Assembly (NCBI RefSeq): GCF_963921235.1
Contig: NC_086097.1
Coordinates: 124,932,001-124,996,000 of the forward strand
Origin: Mobula hypostoma
Lineage: Eukaryota
Reading direction: 5' to 3'
DNA length: 64,000 nt
Shown: piece by piece, positions 1 to 13,003 of the stretch
How positions within the stretch are numbered: the first letter of the stretch is position 1
How the letters are laid out: the number at the start of each line of letters is the position of its first letter
Program-made: the position numbers and the translations under genes
The notes under the pieces: generated by a model
Seen by the model: the letters and a program-made list of their open reading frames with translations, nothing else
The model's database searches: none
What the model was told of the DNA's origin: nothing

Positions 1-540
1 TTAACATAAACAATGTATTTCACTGTATGTTTTCATGTACAGTACATGTGATAAATAAATCTGAATCTGAATCTACATTATGTATAATGACTTTAATTTA
101 AGTTTGTGTTAAATTATGCTTCTCATATTTGTAATATACTGTGCTACCCTGCAAAAAGCTAAATATCATAGTGTTCCTATCCTGGGTATGAATAAATTTG
201 AATAGATTATGGAAGAACGCATTGATTCGATGATATACTGAATGGAACTCTGTGTATTGCTTGCATTTCCTCTGTGTTATAGATAGAAAGTATATTTTTG
301 AAATTTAAAAAAAAAACATGTATTGCAGAGCCTGGCCTGGCCTGGCCTGCACTTCAGTCTTCATCTTCAGCCACACACATTTCCTGTGTTCCGGTTACTG
401 GCTTGGGGTGCACATCTGGCCTTAGTCCTGGATCCACATTCTGGACCCAGCCTTTGGACCACACAGCTAACCTTGGCTGTAGCCACACAGCCAGCCCGAA
501 CTCCTTCTGATGTATATACTTAGCAGAGGATGTACTTGTG

Positions 541-1028
541 GTCTGTCTGTCTGTCTAGGTACCATTTCCGATGCGGACGTTGGTGTCCATGGTTTTCCAT
601 ATAGATCTATGCTTCGTTTTTTGGATGGCTTCCATTTCCTCAATGTGTAGCCACCTGGCTATGCTTCTGATGTACATAAGCCAAGGTCTTCCTCTAGGTT
701 TGCTCCCCTCGATCTTTCCAGAGAGCATGAGTTTTTCTAGCTCATCTTTCCGCATGATGTGTCCTAGGAATCTGAGTTGTCTTTCTCTTATTGTTGGTAT
801 GAGTGATCGAACTGCTTGGGCTCTTCTGAGAACTTCTTCATTTGATGTGTGTGTGGTCCATGATATTTTTAACATTCTCCTGTAGAACCATAATTCAGCT
901 GCTTCTAGTCTCTTTTCCATTGCAGTCCAGCATTCACTTCCATAAGTCAGGATAGAATAAATGTAGCACTGCAGTATTCTGTTTTTAGTGTATGTGCTCA
1001 TCTTTCTGTTTGTTAATATGGTCTTCAT
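541..1028 (-). mobile_element. RTE-clade LINE, 5'-truncated 3' end (RT C-terminus plus tail)
   Basis: ORF 555..1028 has RTE motifs ILTYGSECWT, WFYRRMLKISW, QLRFLGHIMR, GKIEG.KPRGRP; it is followed on the minus strand by an (AGAC)4 tail (+ strand GTCT x4 at 541-556). Confidence 0.9.
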
Positions 1029-1169
1029 TAGTACTTGTGGTAGTTAGTAAAATTCCATTTTCCCCAGAACATACTGGTGCCATTCCACACTGCCATCATA
1101 GAAAGTATCCTCACATCAGACATTACTGTCTGGTTTGGTGCAACGTCCTCTCACGTTATACTAAAATGA

Positions 1170-2000
1170 CAGTGAACTGTCAGGTCAGTGGAAAATGTCA
1201 TCACTGCAGGATTTGTATGTGTGCAGGACAAAAAACCAGACAGGAAAATCATTGTGGACACTTATCCATCCAGCAAACTGCCTTTTCCTAAAGGTCCCTT
1301 CTGGAAAGCACTATAGGGCTATTAAAACACAAAATTAATGCCATCTTAAAATATTCTTCTCCTATGCAGTTAATCTGATCGATGATCCTAGTTACACCCC
1401 CCACCCTCACCCTATCTATTATTACCCCTGTCACTGCACTGCACTGTAAACACTTTAAACCACTTTATATAATGCTGTTTATATTGTAAGTACATACTGG
1501 TATTTATGGGTTTATGCACATTTTATTCCATGTCTATTATTTAACAAAACTTCTTGTTGTTTTTTTACTTAGTTCTTTATTTCCATATAATTCTTTATTC
1601 TTATATTTGTTGAATGATGTCTGTAACTCGTCATGCCCTTGCTTTCTATGGAGCATTGCAGAGCGCCTTCCTGGCAGTTGGCTGTCAATGTCTGCTTGGT
1701 CTTCTGCTTGGTCTGCCGGAGCTAAGTCTACTGCAACCAAGGAAGACCCCAGTTGTGATGCTTGTTCTTGGCACTGGACCCAGGCTTCTGAGGTTGAGAG
1801 AGAGGAACTGCCCCAGTGCAACAGCTTTTCCACTTTAAAAACTCTCTCGAATGTATTGCAGTAGTTGTATCATAGTCTGATATGACGGACAACCACCATA
1901 TTTGTTGAACTTTTATTTAATTGCATGTTGCGCCCTGACCAACACACCACAGCAGGATCCTATTACTCGTAAATGTATATGGCGAATAAAGTGGTTCTTT
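1170..2000 (+). mobile_element. Rex1/Babar-type LINE 3' end, interrupted at 1614-1898
   Basis: Same family as 7380-8750 (shared ctggaaagca..tagggc, cactttaaaccac), ends near aataaag; boundaries approximate. Confidence 0.6.
1614..1898 (+). mobile_element. RTE-like short non-coding element with inverted 5' part
   Basis: 1727-1898 matches the minus strand of 48700-48860 (ctgcaaccaaggaagacccc...ttttccac.ttaaaa); 1614-1726 matches 48864-48970 in the opposite relative orientation. Confidence 0.75.
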
Positions 2001-2194
2001 ATATAGCCGATCTCGTGAGTGCATGGCCTCCTAGAGAGAAAGTCTCTGAATAATTCTGACTTAGTGCACTAATGAGTTATCCAGATGCTGAACCATCAGT
2101 ACTTCAGAACAATTGGATACAGGATTATTGGAGTTTTACTGTTTTTTGTTTTGAAGTTGTTCCTTAAAAGTGTAGATGAAAATCATTAGAAACT

Positions 2195-2500
2195 ATGGCA
2201 GAAAAACAACATAACTTGCCAGAAATAGAAGTCAAACACATTATGCATTGAAAGCACTTGACGAAGGAAAAACACACAAAGAAGTACAAGCTGGATTTAG
2301 TGCCAAATACGGTTGGATGAAGAACACTGAAAATAATTAAAGAAAAATATGAGAGCAGAAAGTGGAAAACTAACACCTAAAAACATCAACGAGCGAAAAT
2401 ATGGGATTAGGAAAGTTGCTCTTTGCAGAGTATAATAACATCACTAAAACTGACCCAAGCATAGCTTTAGCAAGCTAAGATTTTTTAGAGAATGCTGAAA
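2195..2500 (+). mobile_element. Possible degraded pogo/Tigger transposase N-terminus
   Basis: Broken translation MAEK..IEVK..ALKALDEGKTHKEV..GWMKN..IKEKYE resembles an HTH_psq DNA-binding region; heavily frameshifted. Confidence 0.4.
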
Positions 2501-2624
2501 GCTTTTCAATGTAAAGGGATGTTGACAATTTTAGCCCCAGTTTTGGAAAGAAGTTTAAATTTGCGATACAGTTCTGTGTCCAAGTAGCTTTCTGGGAAGG
2601 GCTTATTCACAAGGACAACATCTG

Positions 2625-3161
2625 CACTCAGTAGCCACTTTATTAGGTACACCTGTACACCTGCTCATGAATGCAAGTATCTAATCATGCAGCAGCAACT
2701 CAATCCATAAAAGCAAGCAGACATGGCCAAGAGGTTAAGTTGTTGTTCAGACCAAATATCAGAATGGAGAGTAATGTGATCTAAGTGGCTTTGGCCATGG
2801 AATGATTGTTGGCTCTAGATGGGGTGGTTTAAGCTTCTCAGAAACTGCTGATCTGGGATTTCTCACGCACAACAATCTTTAGCATTTATAGAGAATGGAG
2901 CAAGAAATGAAAAAAAAATCATCCACTGAGTGACAATTCTGTGGGCAAAAATGTTTTGTTAATGAGAGACGTGAGAGGAGAATGGTCAGACTGGTTCAAG
3001 CTGACAGGAAGGCGATAGTAACTTAAATAATCACGCATTACAACAGTGGTGTGCAGAGGAAGATCTCTGAATGTGCAATACATCGAAATTTGAAGTGGAT
3101 GGGCTAGAGCAGCAGTCCATACTGGAACCACTCCTGTACGTAATAAAGTGGCTGCCGAGTA
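2625..3161 (+). mobile_element. Tc1/mariner internally deleted DNA transposon
   Basis: TIRs cactcagtagccactttattaggtac (2625-2650) / gtacgtaataaagtggctgccgagta (3136-3161), TA on the right; interior encodes a decayed Tc1 paired-like N-terminus (DLS.F.HGMIVG.R..G.S.SETA...RMVRLVQADRKA). Confidence 0.85.
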
Positions 3162-3645
3162 TATATTTCCATTTTCACACTTTTTTCTTCCTTTGCACAT
3201 TGGTCTTTATTTATTTGTAGTTTTTCATAAATTCTATTGTAGTTCTTTATTTTTTATTTTAAGTGGCTGCAAGAAAATGATTCTTAAGGTAGTATGTGGT
3301 GACATGCACGTGCTTTGATAATAAATTCACTTCGACTTTGGAAATGGTGGTTACTCATCTTGTGTGGTAGAGGTTGTGACATTCAGTTCAGGAACACGGG
3401 ATGTTTCTGCAGTTCATTCTCTAAGTAATTCTGATGTGTCAGCATTTGACTTATGCAGTAAACTGAAGAATGTTACATATATTTATGGATAAAAGATGGA
3501 AACATGTCACTAAAATTAAGGAAAAATACTCAAAAGTGCATGGATTTACCAGATGGATCACAATCAACTTAGAATTGATACCCTTAGTGATTACATGTTG
3601 TAGTTAAAAACAAGTTCTTGATACTGTAGAACTAAGATTATGGAT

Positions 3646-3920
3646 GGGGCTGCATGAATGCATAGTGTTTAGCGTAACACTACTACAGTGCCAACAACCC
3701 TGGTTCAATTTCCGCTGCTGTCAATAAGTAGTTTGTACGTTCTCCCTGCGACATTATGGGCATTCTCAGGGTGTTCTGGTTCCCTCCCACATCCCAAAGA
3801 CGTACAGGTCAGTAGGTCAACTGGTCACATGGGTGTAATTGGATGGCGCAGGCTCGTTGGGCTTGGGGGGGGGGCTGTTACTGTGCTGTATCGTTAAATA
3901 AATAAAAATTAAAATAAACA
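3646..3920 (+). mobile_element. tRNA-derived V-SINE (HE1-like)
   Basis: tRNA-like head (tagtgtttagc..ggttcaatt), V-domain-like gtttgtacgttctcc..gtgttctggttccctcccacatcccaaagacgt, CR1-like tail ctgttactgtgctgtat + taaa repeats. Confidence 0.8.
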
Positions 3921-4054
3921 CTCTCTCAGGGCTTTTTGTACTTTTTCTTCAGAGAATATTACAGTAACTTGTAATGTGAGCCATCCACATGAGTCTGAAG
4001 ATGCTTAGGATTTCTATGTTAAACTGAGCAGTACCCACATCTGATCTATCAGTT

Positions 4055-4431
4055 GAGAGCTTTTATTTACATAGTAACTGCTCACCTTCAGAGTATCCCA
4101 AAGTTATTTACAATCAATGGGGTACTTCAAATTGTAGTCGCTGTTGTAATATAGGAAACATGGGAACACATTTGCACACTGTAAGCTTTCCATGAAAAAC
4201 AATCTGATGATGACTAAATATTTTAGGAATGTGGATTGAAGTTATATAATTGGCCAAAATACTGAAGAAATACCCTGCTCTTTTTTACTACAGTTAGAAA
4301 ACTCAAAGGAACATTTCCCACAGGTACTACTCCAAAGCAGAGAAATTATCTACTTTTTTTTACATCTACTGGAGATGATAGATAACACTTTGCTTTAGCG
4401 TCATTTAAAAGATAATTTGCCCTGCAGTACC
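4055..4431 (-). mobile_element. Ancient Deu-domain SINE remnant, host of the solo LTR
   Basis: Degenerate Deu-like motifs (atttgcacac..., ttggccaaaatac..ccctgctctt, ccctgcagtacc|acactgg rejoining across the LTR); similar remnants at about 7170-7350 and 42105-42820. Confidence 0.5.
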
Positions 4432-5407
4432 TGTAATGTTATTGGGTTTCCTATCTGCAAAGCCCTAAACTCAAAACAAGATTTTAAGCCCTATCCGATA
4501 TAGATAGCGACAGGTACCATCACCCTAGGGAGGTTACATTATATCCATCAATTTTTCAAGAACTAGCTTACTTCTCTGTCTAGTCTCTGCGGCGAGGCTT
4601 AGCTACCAATTTACTGCCCTTTGCAGCGGATTCCCCTTTCCTACCAAGGAGGAGATACTTCCAGCTAACGAAGTAGTTCAAACACAGATATTTTATCTTT
4701 AATGATATAAGTTTAAATTTAGACAAATAATTCATAACACACATTTAACACTCACAGAGGATTTCTAATTTATAAAAGATTTCTAAATTACAAAAGACTT
4801 GCAAACTACAAAGTAGTTCCAAACATGGGTACAATTCTTATAAACTAGAAGGGCAACCAATGAGTTGCAGAGTAGAAGTCTTTCATAAAAACTGAAGATT
4901 TAGAAATTAATTCTAGTTCTTCTTTCTGTAACCCCATCTTACTGCAGTTCTTCTTGCTATTCCTAACAATCTCCCCCAACCGGTCTTTCTGATATTTATA
5001 CTATTTTCTACTAGAGGACATCATTTACATGTGGCAACAGAGATCCCAAACATCAAGAATTAATGTTGTGAGGGCTGACCCCTTGAGTACACAAAAATCC
5101 CAACTTCTACCCATGTTCGATGTACTAAGTGACATAACCCCATTGTCCTGTGATTGGCTAATGGAGGCATAGCTGCTGGTCACTTTATTTTGCAAAGCTG
5201 TGCCTCCAATTTCAAACTGATTGCTGCTTGCAATTTACATTAAGAACTAGAGGCTGTTTCTCAACAAAAAGTTGAGCAAAGAATATTTGTTAAAAGTTTA
5301 ACTTTATCACCAACAACTCTGACCTTTTGGAAAGGCCCCGCAGCAGTGCTAGAAAGCTGAGTTGAGCAAGAAGTCTCTCAGGCCCTGGAAAGTGAATGCC
5401 CATCACA
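4432..5407 (-). mobile_element. Solo LTR, 976 bp
   Basis: Termini TGTAATG...CATCACA, exact 4-bp TSD TACC (4428-4431, 5408-5411), TATAAA on minus strand at 4995-5000. Confidence 0.85.
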
Positions 5408-6157
5408 TACCACACTGGTTTATTAACCGTGATCTCGTTTTTGCTTCCGTAATAGAATGATGCAAAATGAACATCATGTTTCAATCGCTTACCCTGGAAC
5501 CATTAGGGAGGCGAGACTAGAGTGATGTCAAAATTTTTTGCTTTTACTTTTAGGACTTATTTCAATGTTCCCCTGAAAGATTATTGATTTAAAACTTTAA
5601 TTCCATCTTCAGGATTTTGCCCATCCACGTTAATCAGCTTTGGGATGTCAAGTGTTTTTGCTTACTCATGTACTTTAGAAATTTTTGATGTTTAGTGCAT
5701 GTATTATGTATCTTGATTCCATAGCTGAAGAATTCAGAGGTATACAGTATACAAGTGTAGGAATCTCAATTGAAATAGGATAGTGATGTGTTGATGTTCA
5801 ATAATTAGAGTTTTGTTGTTATTTTATTTATCATTATTATTCCTTTTCTCTCTCTGCTAGATTATGTATTGCATCGAACTGCTGCTGCTAAGTTAACAAA
5901 TTTCACATCACATGCCGGTGATAATTAACCTGATCCTGATTGTGATTGTGATGATTTGACTTGGCAGTGCTTGCTGCTTGGTAATTTTAAATCTTAAAAC
6001 ACCTCTGCCCCTCAGTGGTCACCTTTGTTTAGTACAACTCAGTATCAGGATGAGGCTTTTGGAGATTACATACTAGCTTTATGAAATATAATGATTAAGG
6101 TACTTTACTGTGTGGCTTATCATCATAATGTGTAAATAATTGGCTTTCGTAGCTCTA

Positions 6158-6435
6158 CATAGAACACCATAGCACAGTATAGTCCTTTCCACCTACAATG
6201 TTGTTCCAACCTCTTAACCTACTAAGATCAATCTAACCATTCCCTCCTACATAGCCCTCCATTTTTCTATCATCGATGTGCCTATTTAAGAGTTTCTTAA
6301 ATGCCCTTAATACATCTGCCTCTACCACCACCCCTAGCAGGGCATTCCAAGCCCCCACCACTCTCTGTGACATCCTCCCTAACCTTCCCTCCAATCACCT
6401 TAAAATTATGGCCCTGGGCATTAGCCATTTCTGCC
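6158..6435 (-). mobile_element. CR1 LINE 3' end
   Basis: catagaacaccatagcacagta tail and CR1 ORF2 end (ORF 6297..6521 GHNFKVIGGK). Confidence 0.8.
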
Positions 6436-6879
6436 TTGCAACAATATATTTCAGGATTGTTCTGTCTTAAGCCTGAGGTAAAACAAATTGAGAGAATACA
6501 TTCCTGCTGCTGATGACCCATAGCATCTAACTGATTCTCAGTTTTGAACTGTGGATCTGTAGTTAATTCTTTGTTTTTAGGACTCTACAACTCATGTTCT
6601 CATTTATTAATACATATATCTATTTTTTTTGCATTTGTTCAGTTTGTCTTCACTTGTACATTGATTGTTTGCCAGTTTTTGTTTGTGTAGTTTTTAATTG
6701 ATTCTATTGTATTTCCTTGTTCTACTGTAAATGCCTGCAGGAAGATGAATCTCAGAGTAGTATATGGTGACATAGACATACTTTGATCATAAAGTTATGT
6801 TGAACCTTATTACCATTTTGTTCACCATTGGTAGTTTCCTCAGTGCAAAGATGGGAAATCATTGTCATGATTATGTATG

Positions 6880-7065
6880 CCAAGTGGATGCCAAGTCATT
6901 GGTTACATTTAAAGTGGAGGTTGATAGGATCTTGATTAGTAAGGGCATCAGAGGATATGGGAAAAGACAGAAGAATAGGTCTGAGAGGGATACTAAATCA
7001 GCCATGATCGAATGGCAGCGCATACTCAATGAGCTGAATGGCCTATTACTGTTCTATTGGTCTAT
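6880..7065 (+). mobile_element. CR1 LINE 3' end
   Basis: AKSLVTFKVEVDRILISKGIRGYG (CR1 ORF2 terminus) followed by gggctgaatggcct-like 3' UTR. Confidence 0.8.
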
Positions 7066-7498
7066 TCGTCTATTTGCTCTTGCTGTTAAAGGCACCATTA
7101 CGGAAGCTTCATAACAATTTGCTTTTCCTTAGTTTCTTTTGAGCTATTGTCACAATAGGAATGTATTGACATGACAGACAATTGTGGCAGCAAGCTACCA
7201 CAGGCAGAAATATGACAATAACCAAATTAATTATCTTTTTTGGTTAAAGGATAAATATTAGTAGGCACTAAAAATAGTTCCCATGATCTTCTGATTTCTG
7301 CTTTTGGATTTTTTATGTCCATTCAGAATATTTCATTGGACCATACAGGACCTCCAACAGAGTTAGGGTAATTATAAAGAATTATACAAAAAATAAAGTT
7401 AGAGGTTCAAGTATGTATATGGAATAAAATGTGCAAAAATACATAGGTACCATCATGTACGTACAATGTAAAGAGCAGTATAAAAAAGTGGTTTAAAG

Positions 7499-8475
7499 CA
7501 GGGGTCCCCAACCTTTTCTGCACCGCGGACCGGTTTAGCACTGACAATATTCTTGCGGACCGGCTGACCTGGGGGGTGGGGGTGTGTTTAACATGACCAG
7601 AATATAGTTGATAAGTCAACTATAGGTGGTTAAAACACTCAATTTCGTTTCTAAAGGGGTTTATCTAATGAATTTAACATTAAACACTCAGCGCATATTT
7701 TCCTCGCATGAATATAGTGATAAGTCAATTATAACAGTGGTCCCAAACCTCCGGGCCGTGAAGAATGCAGCAGTGGCCGGAATGCACCCAGCCCACCTTT
7801 AAGAATAAAGCCAAAATAAACAAGCTAATTGATTAGGTGCCGCTCGGTATGTAAATGTCGGCCCAGATCAGAGGCGACGCAATCGTATGAACATATAAAA
7901 TCATTGCAACGCACCAATATCGCTGAATCAGTGGGAGCTCTGGGCTTGTTTTCCTGCAATAAGACATTGAGGGGTGTTGGGAGACAGCGATACTCGAAGG
8001 GGGTTCCTTATGTCCAGTCTATTCCGCAATTTAGTTTTAGTTGCACTCATTGCAGAAAACTCCGCTTCACAGAGATATTCTCTTCACAGAGATTTTCAGT
8101 GCTTTCGTGGCTTTCTCAGGATATTCAACCTTGACTTTGATCCAGAATGCCGGCAGAGATGTTATGTCAAACATCTGATGTTATGCTTTTCAGCCCACCG
8201 TCATTTGCAAGCTTGAGGAGTTGATCTTTTTCCCGCGCTGACATGGATGATTCACTGGGAACATTCACAAATAGGTTACAGACCCATTCCTTTGCACGTC
8301 TTGGGTCACTTGTGTCTTGGGTCACTGATGACCTCACATGCGTTCAAGTTCAGCAGTTCGTGACAGGAAATGAGGAAAGGTGCAGCTGACTCATATTGTT
8401 TCATATTGCCAAATCATATCGTTTCCTCGCGGCCCGGTAGCACATGCTTTGCGGCCCGGTGGTTGGGGACCGCTG
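7499..8475 (-). mobile_element. hAT (Charlie/Buster) non-autonomous DNA transposon
   Basis: TIRs caggggtccccaacc / ggttggggaccgctg, exact 8-bp TSD GTTTAAAG (7491-7498, 8476-8483); minus strand about 7925-8080 reads YLCEAEFSAMSATKTKLRNRLDIRNPLRVSLS...KQAQSSH* (hAT dimerisation C-terminus). Inserted in a Rex1-type 3' end (about 7380-8750). Confidence 0.92.
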
Positions 8476-9907
8476 GTTTAAAGTGTTTACATTGAAGTGC
8501 AGTTATGGGGGTAATAGTTAGAGGGGGCTTGGGCTAACTGAAATGGTTGATCAGATTAACTGCCTATGGGAAGAAACTTTCAATATGGTATGAAGTGTTT
8601 GTTTTACTAGCCCTATCGTGCTTTCCAGAAGGGAAATTTTGGCAAAGGTGGTTTGCAGGGAAGGTTGTGACCACAATGACTTGCCAGTCCTTTTCTTCGT
8701 TCTGGACACATACAAGTTCTGCAGTGATGGTAGTCTGCAGCCAATGACCGATGAGAGGAGAATGAACCAAAGGAGGACGGTAATAAAGGATAGAAGGGAC
8801 AGTCTTCCAAATTGAACTCCAGGATAACCCTCCAGGCATCCACACAACAGCCACTGTGCTACCATACCTCTAATTGACCTTTGGGCTCCAAACTTCAAAG
8901 GTAACTGAGGTAAACAAAAGAGGCAGGAAGAATAGAGATGGAGGAAGGAAACATATTTGTAGGCAACGCATCAGCATTTTTCTGTAGAGTTAACATCTGG
9001 AAGTCACAGACTCAGAAGAGTGAGCTAAGGTTCTTAGCGTAGTTCCATTATTAAGCCAACAGTGCTTGTTGTGAAACAGCCATGTTGATTGAATGGATGA
9101 CTCTTGTATCCCCACGTATATTTTCTACAGTGATCCAGCCACTCAGTCACTACTTGCCTGGACATCCATACTATTCCTGCAAAAAAAAGTGTAAATGAAA
9201 AATGAAAGTGCAAACATTTATGGAGAAAGCTGCGAATGTTCAGATCACTAGAACATAGAACAAGACAGCACAGTACAACCCCTTCAGCCTACTCCATGAT
9301 CAGCCTACCCACCTTCAGAGCCATTACCGCCCAATTTCCTTGTATCAGTATGCCTATTACTGGCCTTGAGCAGCACTGTAATAATTTCACAACCTCAAAT
9401 TAACATACACTTGCTTTTTTTTAACATCCAAATAAAAATCTTACCATTTGGTACCATATTTTGCTGGACGGCATCGGGGATGCACATCTGTAGCTTTGAA
9501 AGCAGTTTCCATACGTCATACACACCTAAGCACACACAGATTCATGTCATTTACTGTATACCTGTATGCCATAACAAATACACCAGTAACACCTAAAAAA
9601 CACATACCGAGAGTAACAGTTCAGTTTATTAAATTTAATACATAAATGTTGATTTGTTTTACATTTGTTGTTTGTCAAGCATTCCATTGGTCTTCCTCTG
9701 TTTTTTGTCTGTGATTTGTCAGTGCTGTGTGCATTTCGGCAAAACTGAGGTGCTGCTTCCGGGACTGTATTATTCATGCTAGAGAGAAACTGCACATGCG
9801 CCTCGTGCAGAAGGGATATACCATGGACAATTGAGGGTGTGGGGGGGGGGAATGGTTAAAATGTATGTAAGGTGATAAATCAATACAAAACAAATTATGC
9901 AATGGTT

Positions 9908-11480
9908 TAGAACATAGAAACATAGAAAACCTACAGCACAATACAGGCCCTTCAGCCCACAATGCTGTGCCGAACATGTCCTTACTTTAGAAATTACCTA
10001 GGGTTACCCATAACCCTCTATTTTTCTGAGCTCCATGTACCTTTTCAGGAGTCTCTTAAAAGAACCGATCATATCCGCCTCCATCACTGTCACTGGCAGC
10101 CCATTCCACGTACTCACCACTCTCTGCATAAAAAAAACTTACCCCTGACCTCTCTACTGTACCTACTTCCAAGCACCTTAAAACATCGCCCTCTCATGTT
10201 AGCCATTTCAGCCCTGGGGAAAAAAGCCTCTGACTATCCACACGATCAATGCCTCTCATCATCTTATACACCTCTATCAGGTCACCTCTCATCCTCTGTC
10301 ACTCCAAGGAGAAAAGGCTGAGTTCACTCAACCTATTCTCATAAGGCATGCTCCCCAATCCAGGCAACATCCTTGTAAATCTCCTCTGCACCCTTTCTAT
10401 AGTTTCCACATCCTTCCTGTAGTGAGGTGACCAGAACTGAGCACAGTACTCCAAGTGGGGTCTGACTAGGGTCCTATATAGCTGCAACATTACCTCTCGG
10501 CTCTTAAACTCAATCCCACGATTGATGAAGGCCAATGCACCGTTTGCCTTCTTAACCACAGAGTCAACCTGCGCAGTAGTTTTGAGTGTCCAATGGACTC
10601 AGACCCCAAGATCCCTCTGATCCTCCACACTGCCAAGAGTCTTACCATTAATACTATATTCTGCCATTATATTTGACCTACCAAAATGAACCACTTCACA
10701 CTTATCTGGATTGAACTCCATCTGCCACTTCTCAGCCCAGTTTTGCATCCTATCAATGTCCCGCTGTAACCTCTGACAGCCCTCCACACTATCCACAACA
10801 TCCCCAACCTTTGTCATCAGCAAATTTACTAACCCATTCCTCCACTTCCTCATCCAGGTCATTTATAAAAATCATGAAGAGAAGGGGTCTCAGAACAGAT
10901 CCCGGAGACACACAACTGGTCACTAACCTCCATGCAGAATATGACCCATCTACAACCACTCTTTGCCTTCTGTGAGCAAGTCAATTCTGGATCCATAAAG
11001 CAAAACTCTTGGATCCCATGCCTCCTCAATTTCTCAATAAGCCTTGCATTGGGTACCTTATCAAATGCCTTGCTGAAATCCATATACACTACATCTATTG
11101 CTCTACCTTCATCAATGTGTTTAATCACATCCTCAAAAAATTCAATCAGGCTTGTAAGGCACAGCCTGCCTTTGACAAAGCCATGCTGACTATTCCTAAT
11201 CATATTATGCCTTTCCAAATGTTCAAAAATCCTGCCTCTCAGGATCTTCTGTATCAACTTACCAACCACTGAAGTAAGACTCACTGGTCTATAATTTCCT
11301 GTGCTATCTCTACTCCCTTTCTCGAATAAGGGAATAACATCTGCAACCCTCCAATCCTCTGGAACCTCTCCCGTCCCCATTGATGATGGAAAATCATTGC
11401 TAGAGGCTCAGCAATCTCCTCCCTCGCCCCCTACAGTTGCCTGGGGTGTATCTCGTCTGGTCGTGGTGACTTATCCAACA
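9908..11480 (-). mobile_element. CR1 LINE, 5'-truncated (RT domain to 3' tail), frameshifted
   Basis: ORFs 10859..11380 (NYRPVSLTSVVGK, QHGFVKGR, YMDFSKAFDKV), 10599..10862, 10299..10559 (LVRPHLEYCAQFWSP); (catagaaa)n tail at 9908-9930. Confidence 0.95.
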
Positions 11481-11694
11481 TGTTTGGAAATTACACTTTA
11501 GATAATAAGTAGTAGATAGTAATCCTCTTGTGTATTAATTAATTTACTTTTAGTTTTAAATGCATAGGGCTAAAGCTACAAAATGGGCCTTAGTCTATCC
11601 CTTGGGATGGTTGGAAATTGACCCTAATTGTGGTAAGTGCTTATGAACTAAGTTGAGGAAGGAGTTGAATTGTAGTTGATTTGTGTAAATATAT

Positions 11695-11962
11695 AATTTT
11701 ATTTATTTATTTAGATACAGCGCAGAACAGGCCCTGCCAGCCCTTTGAGGTGCACTGCCCAAGAACCACCAATTTAACCCTAGCCTAGTCACAGGACAAT
11801 TTACAATGACCAAACTGGTATGTCTTTGTACTGTAGGAAGAAACCCACTTGGTCAGGGGAGGGGAAGAATGTTGCAAACCCTTTACAGACAGTGGTTGGA
11901 ATTGAACCCGGTCGCTGGTACTGTAAAGCATGGTGCTAACCACTATGCTATCATGCCACCCT
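11695..11962 (-). mobile_element. V-SINE (HE1-like)
   Basis: (ttta)n tail, CR1-like tacagcgcagaacaggcc, tRNA head ggaattgaacccgg..gctaaccactatgc. Confidence 0.8.
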
Positions 11963-11964
11963 AT

Positions 11965-13003
11965 TTTGAGAGTCTATTTCGACATACAGGCTAAATTTAA
12001 AAAGTTGTCTGAGCGTTGTCAGTTCGTTAATGGGTTTAATGAAGCACTGAAATATTGTTTAGTTCGTGGAATCTTCCAAGAAAGCTTTCAAAAACGGCTC
12101 CTAACTGAAGCTCCACATTTAAAAGAGCAGTTGAAATAGCTGCAGCAATGGTAACAGCAGATCATACAGCAGACCATTGCAAATTTAAAGGCAAAACTTG
12201 CAGACAATGCAACAAAGTAAGACACATACAAACAGGATGTCAGGCAGGCACTAATAAATGGACTGCACATGGAAGAGAAAAAGATAAGAATGTCAAGGTG
12301 CAGTTTCAAAAATAACACTAATCTCTATGCTGTTGATAAAAATCTGAGAGTGTTGTGAGTGACACAGGACTGTGTAGCCTCGAGATTCACAATGTGAAAA
12401 CTAATAAGAAACAAGCAATGTGGCTTACACCAGAAGTGAATGGCAAATTAAGTAAAATGGAAATGTATATTGGTTTGGCTCAGCTGTTTCAGTCATTCCA
12501 CAAAATGAGTTTGAACAGCATTTCAAAGATACTAAACTGAAGCCTGCAGATATCCAACTAAGAATTTGTACTGGAGAAAAGATTCTAGTATTCCCTTGTC
12601 AGGAAAGGCATTATCCCACAAGAGTAAGAAAGCCTCCACAGTGATTAAATCTTTTGGCCTAAATGGGACAATTTTAAATTTACTATGCTGTGGATGTCTA
12701 TATATAATATTTGTATTATATAGTATACTGAGTATAGAGTTGAGATGCATTCTCTATTGAGTTGGAGTTTATAGCTAAGCGGAAAGGAGTGTTGTGTATT
12801 TAACATTTCAGTAATATTTGAGAAGTATTGTAAATATAATGTTTGAGTAACTTATGTAAATCATTGCAAGTTATACGTGAAAATGCACAAATTACATTTG
12901 TGATCACACTACCTTGCTTAAGTTAAAAACAAACTGAGACCCACATCTCTCAGCTCCTTTGTTTTTCTTTCAAAAATTTGGTTTTGGAGTTACAAACATA
13001 ACA
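11965..13003 (+). mobile_element. Degraded Gypsy remnant: gag/protease pieces plus 3' LTR (12790-13003)
   Basis: KKLSERCQF..NEAL...LVRGI.QESFQKRLLTEA (Gypsy gag) and WLTPEVNGK (protease start); purine tract gcggaaaggag precedes TGTTGTG...CATAACA. Confidence 0.7.

Noticed and set aside
3646..3720. tRNA gene
   Set aside because: Degenerate tRNA-like head of a SINE; no complete cloverleaf. Same for the other SINE heads.
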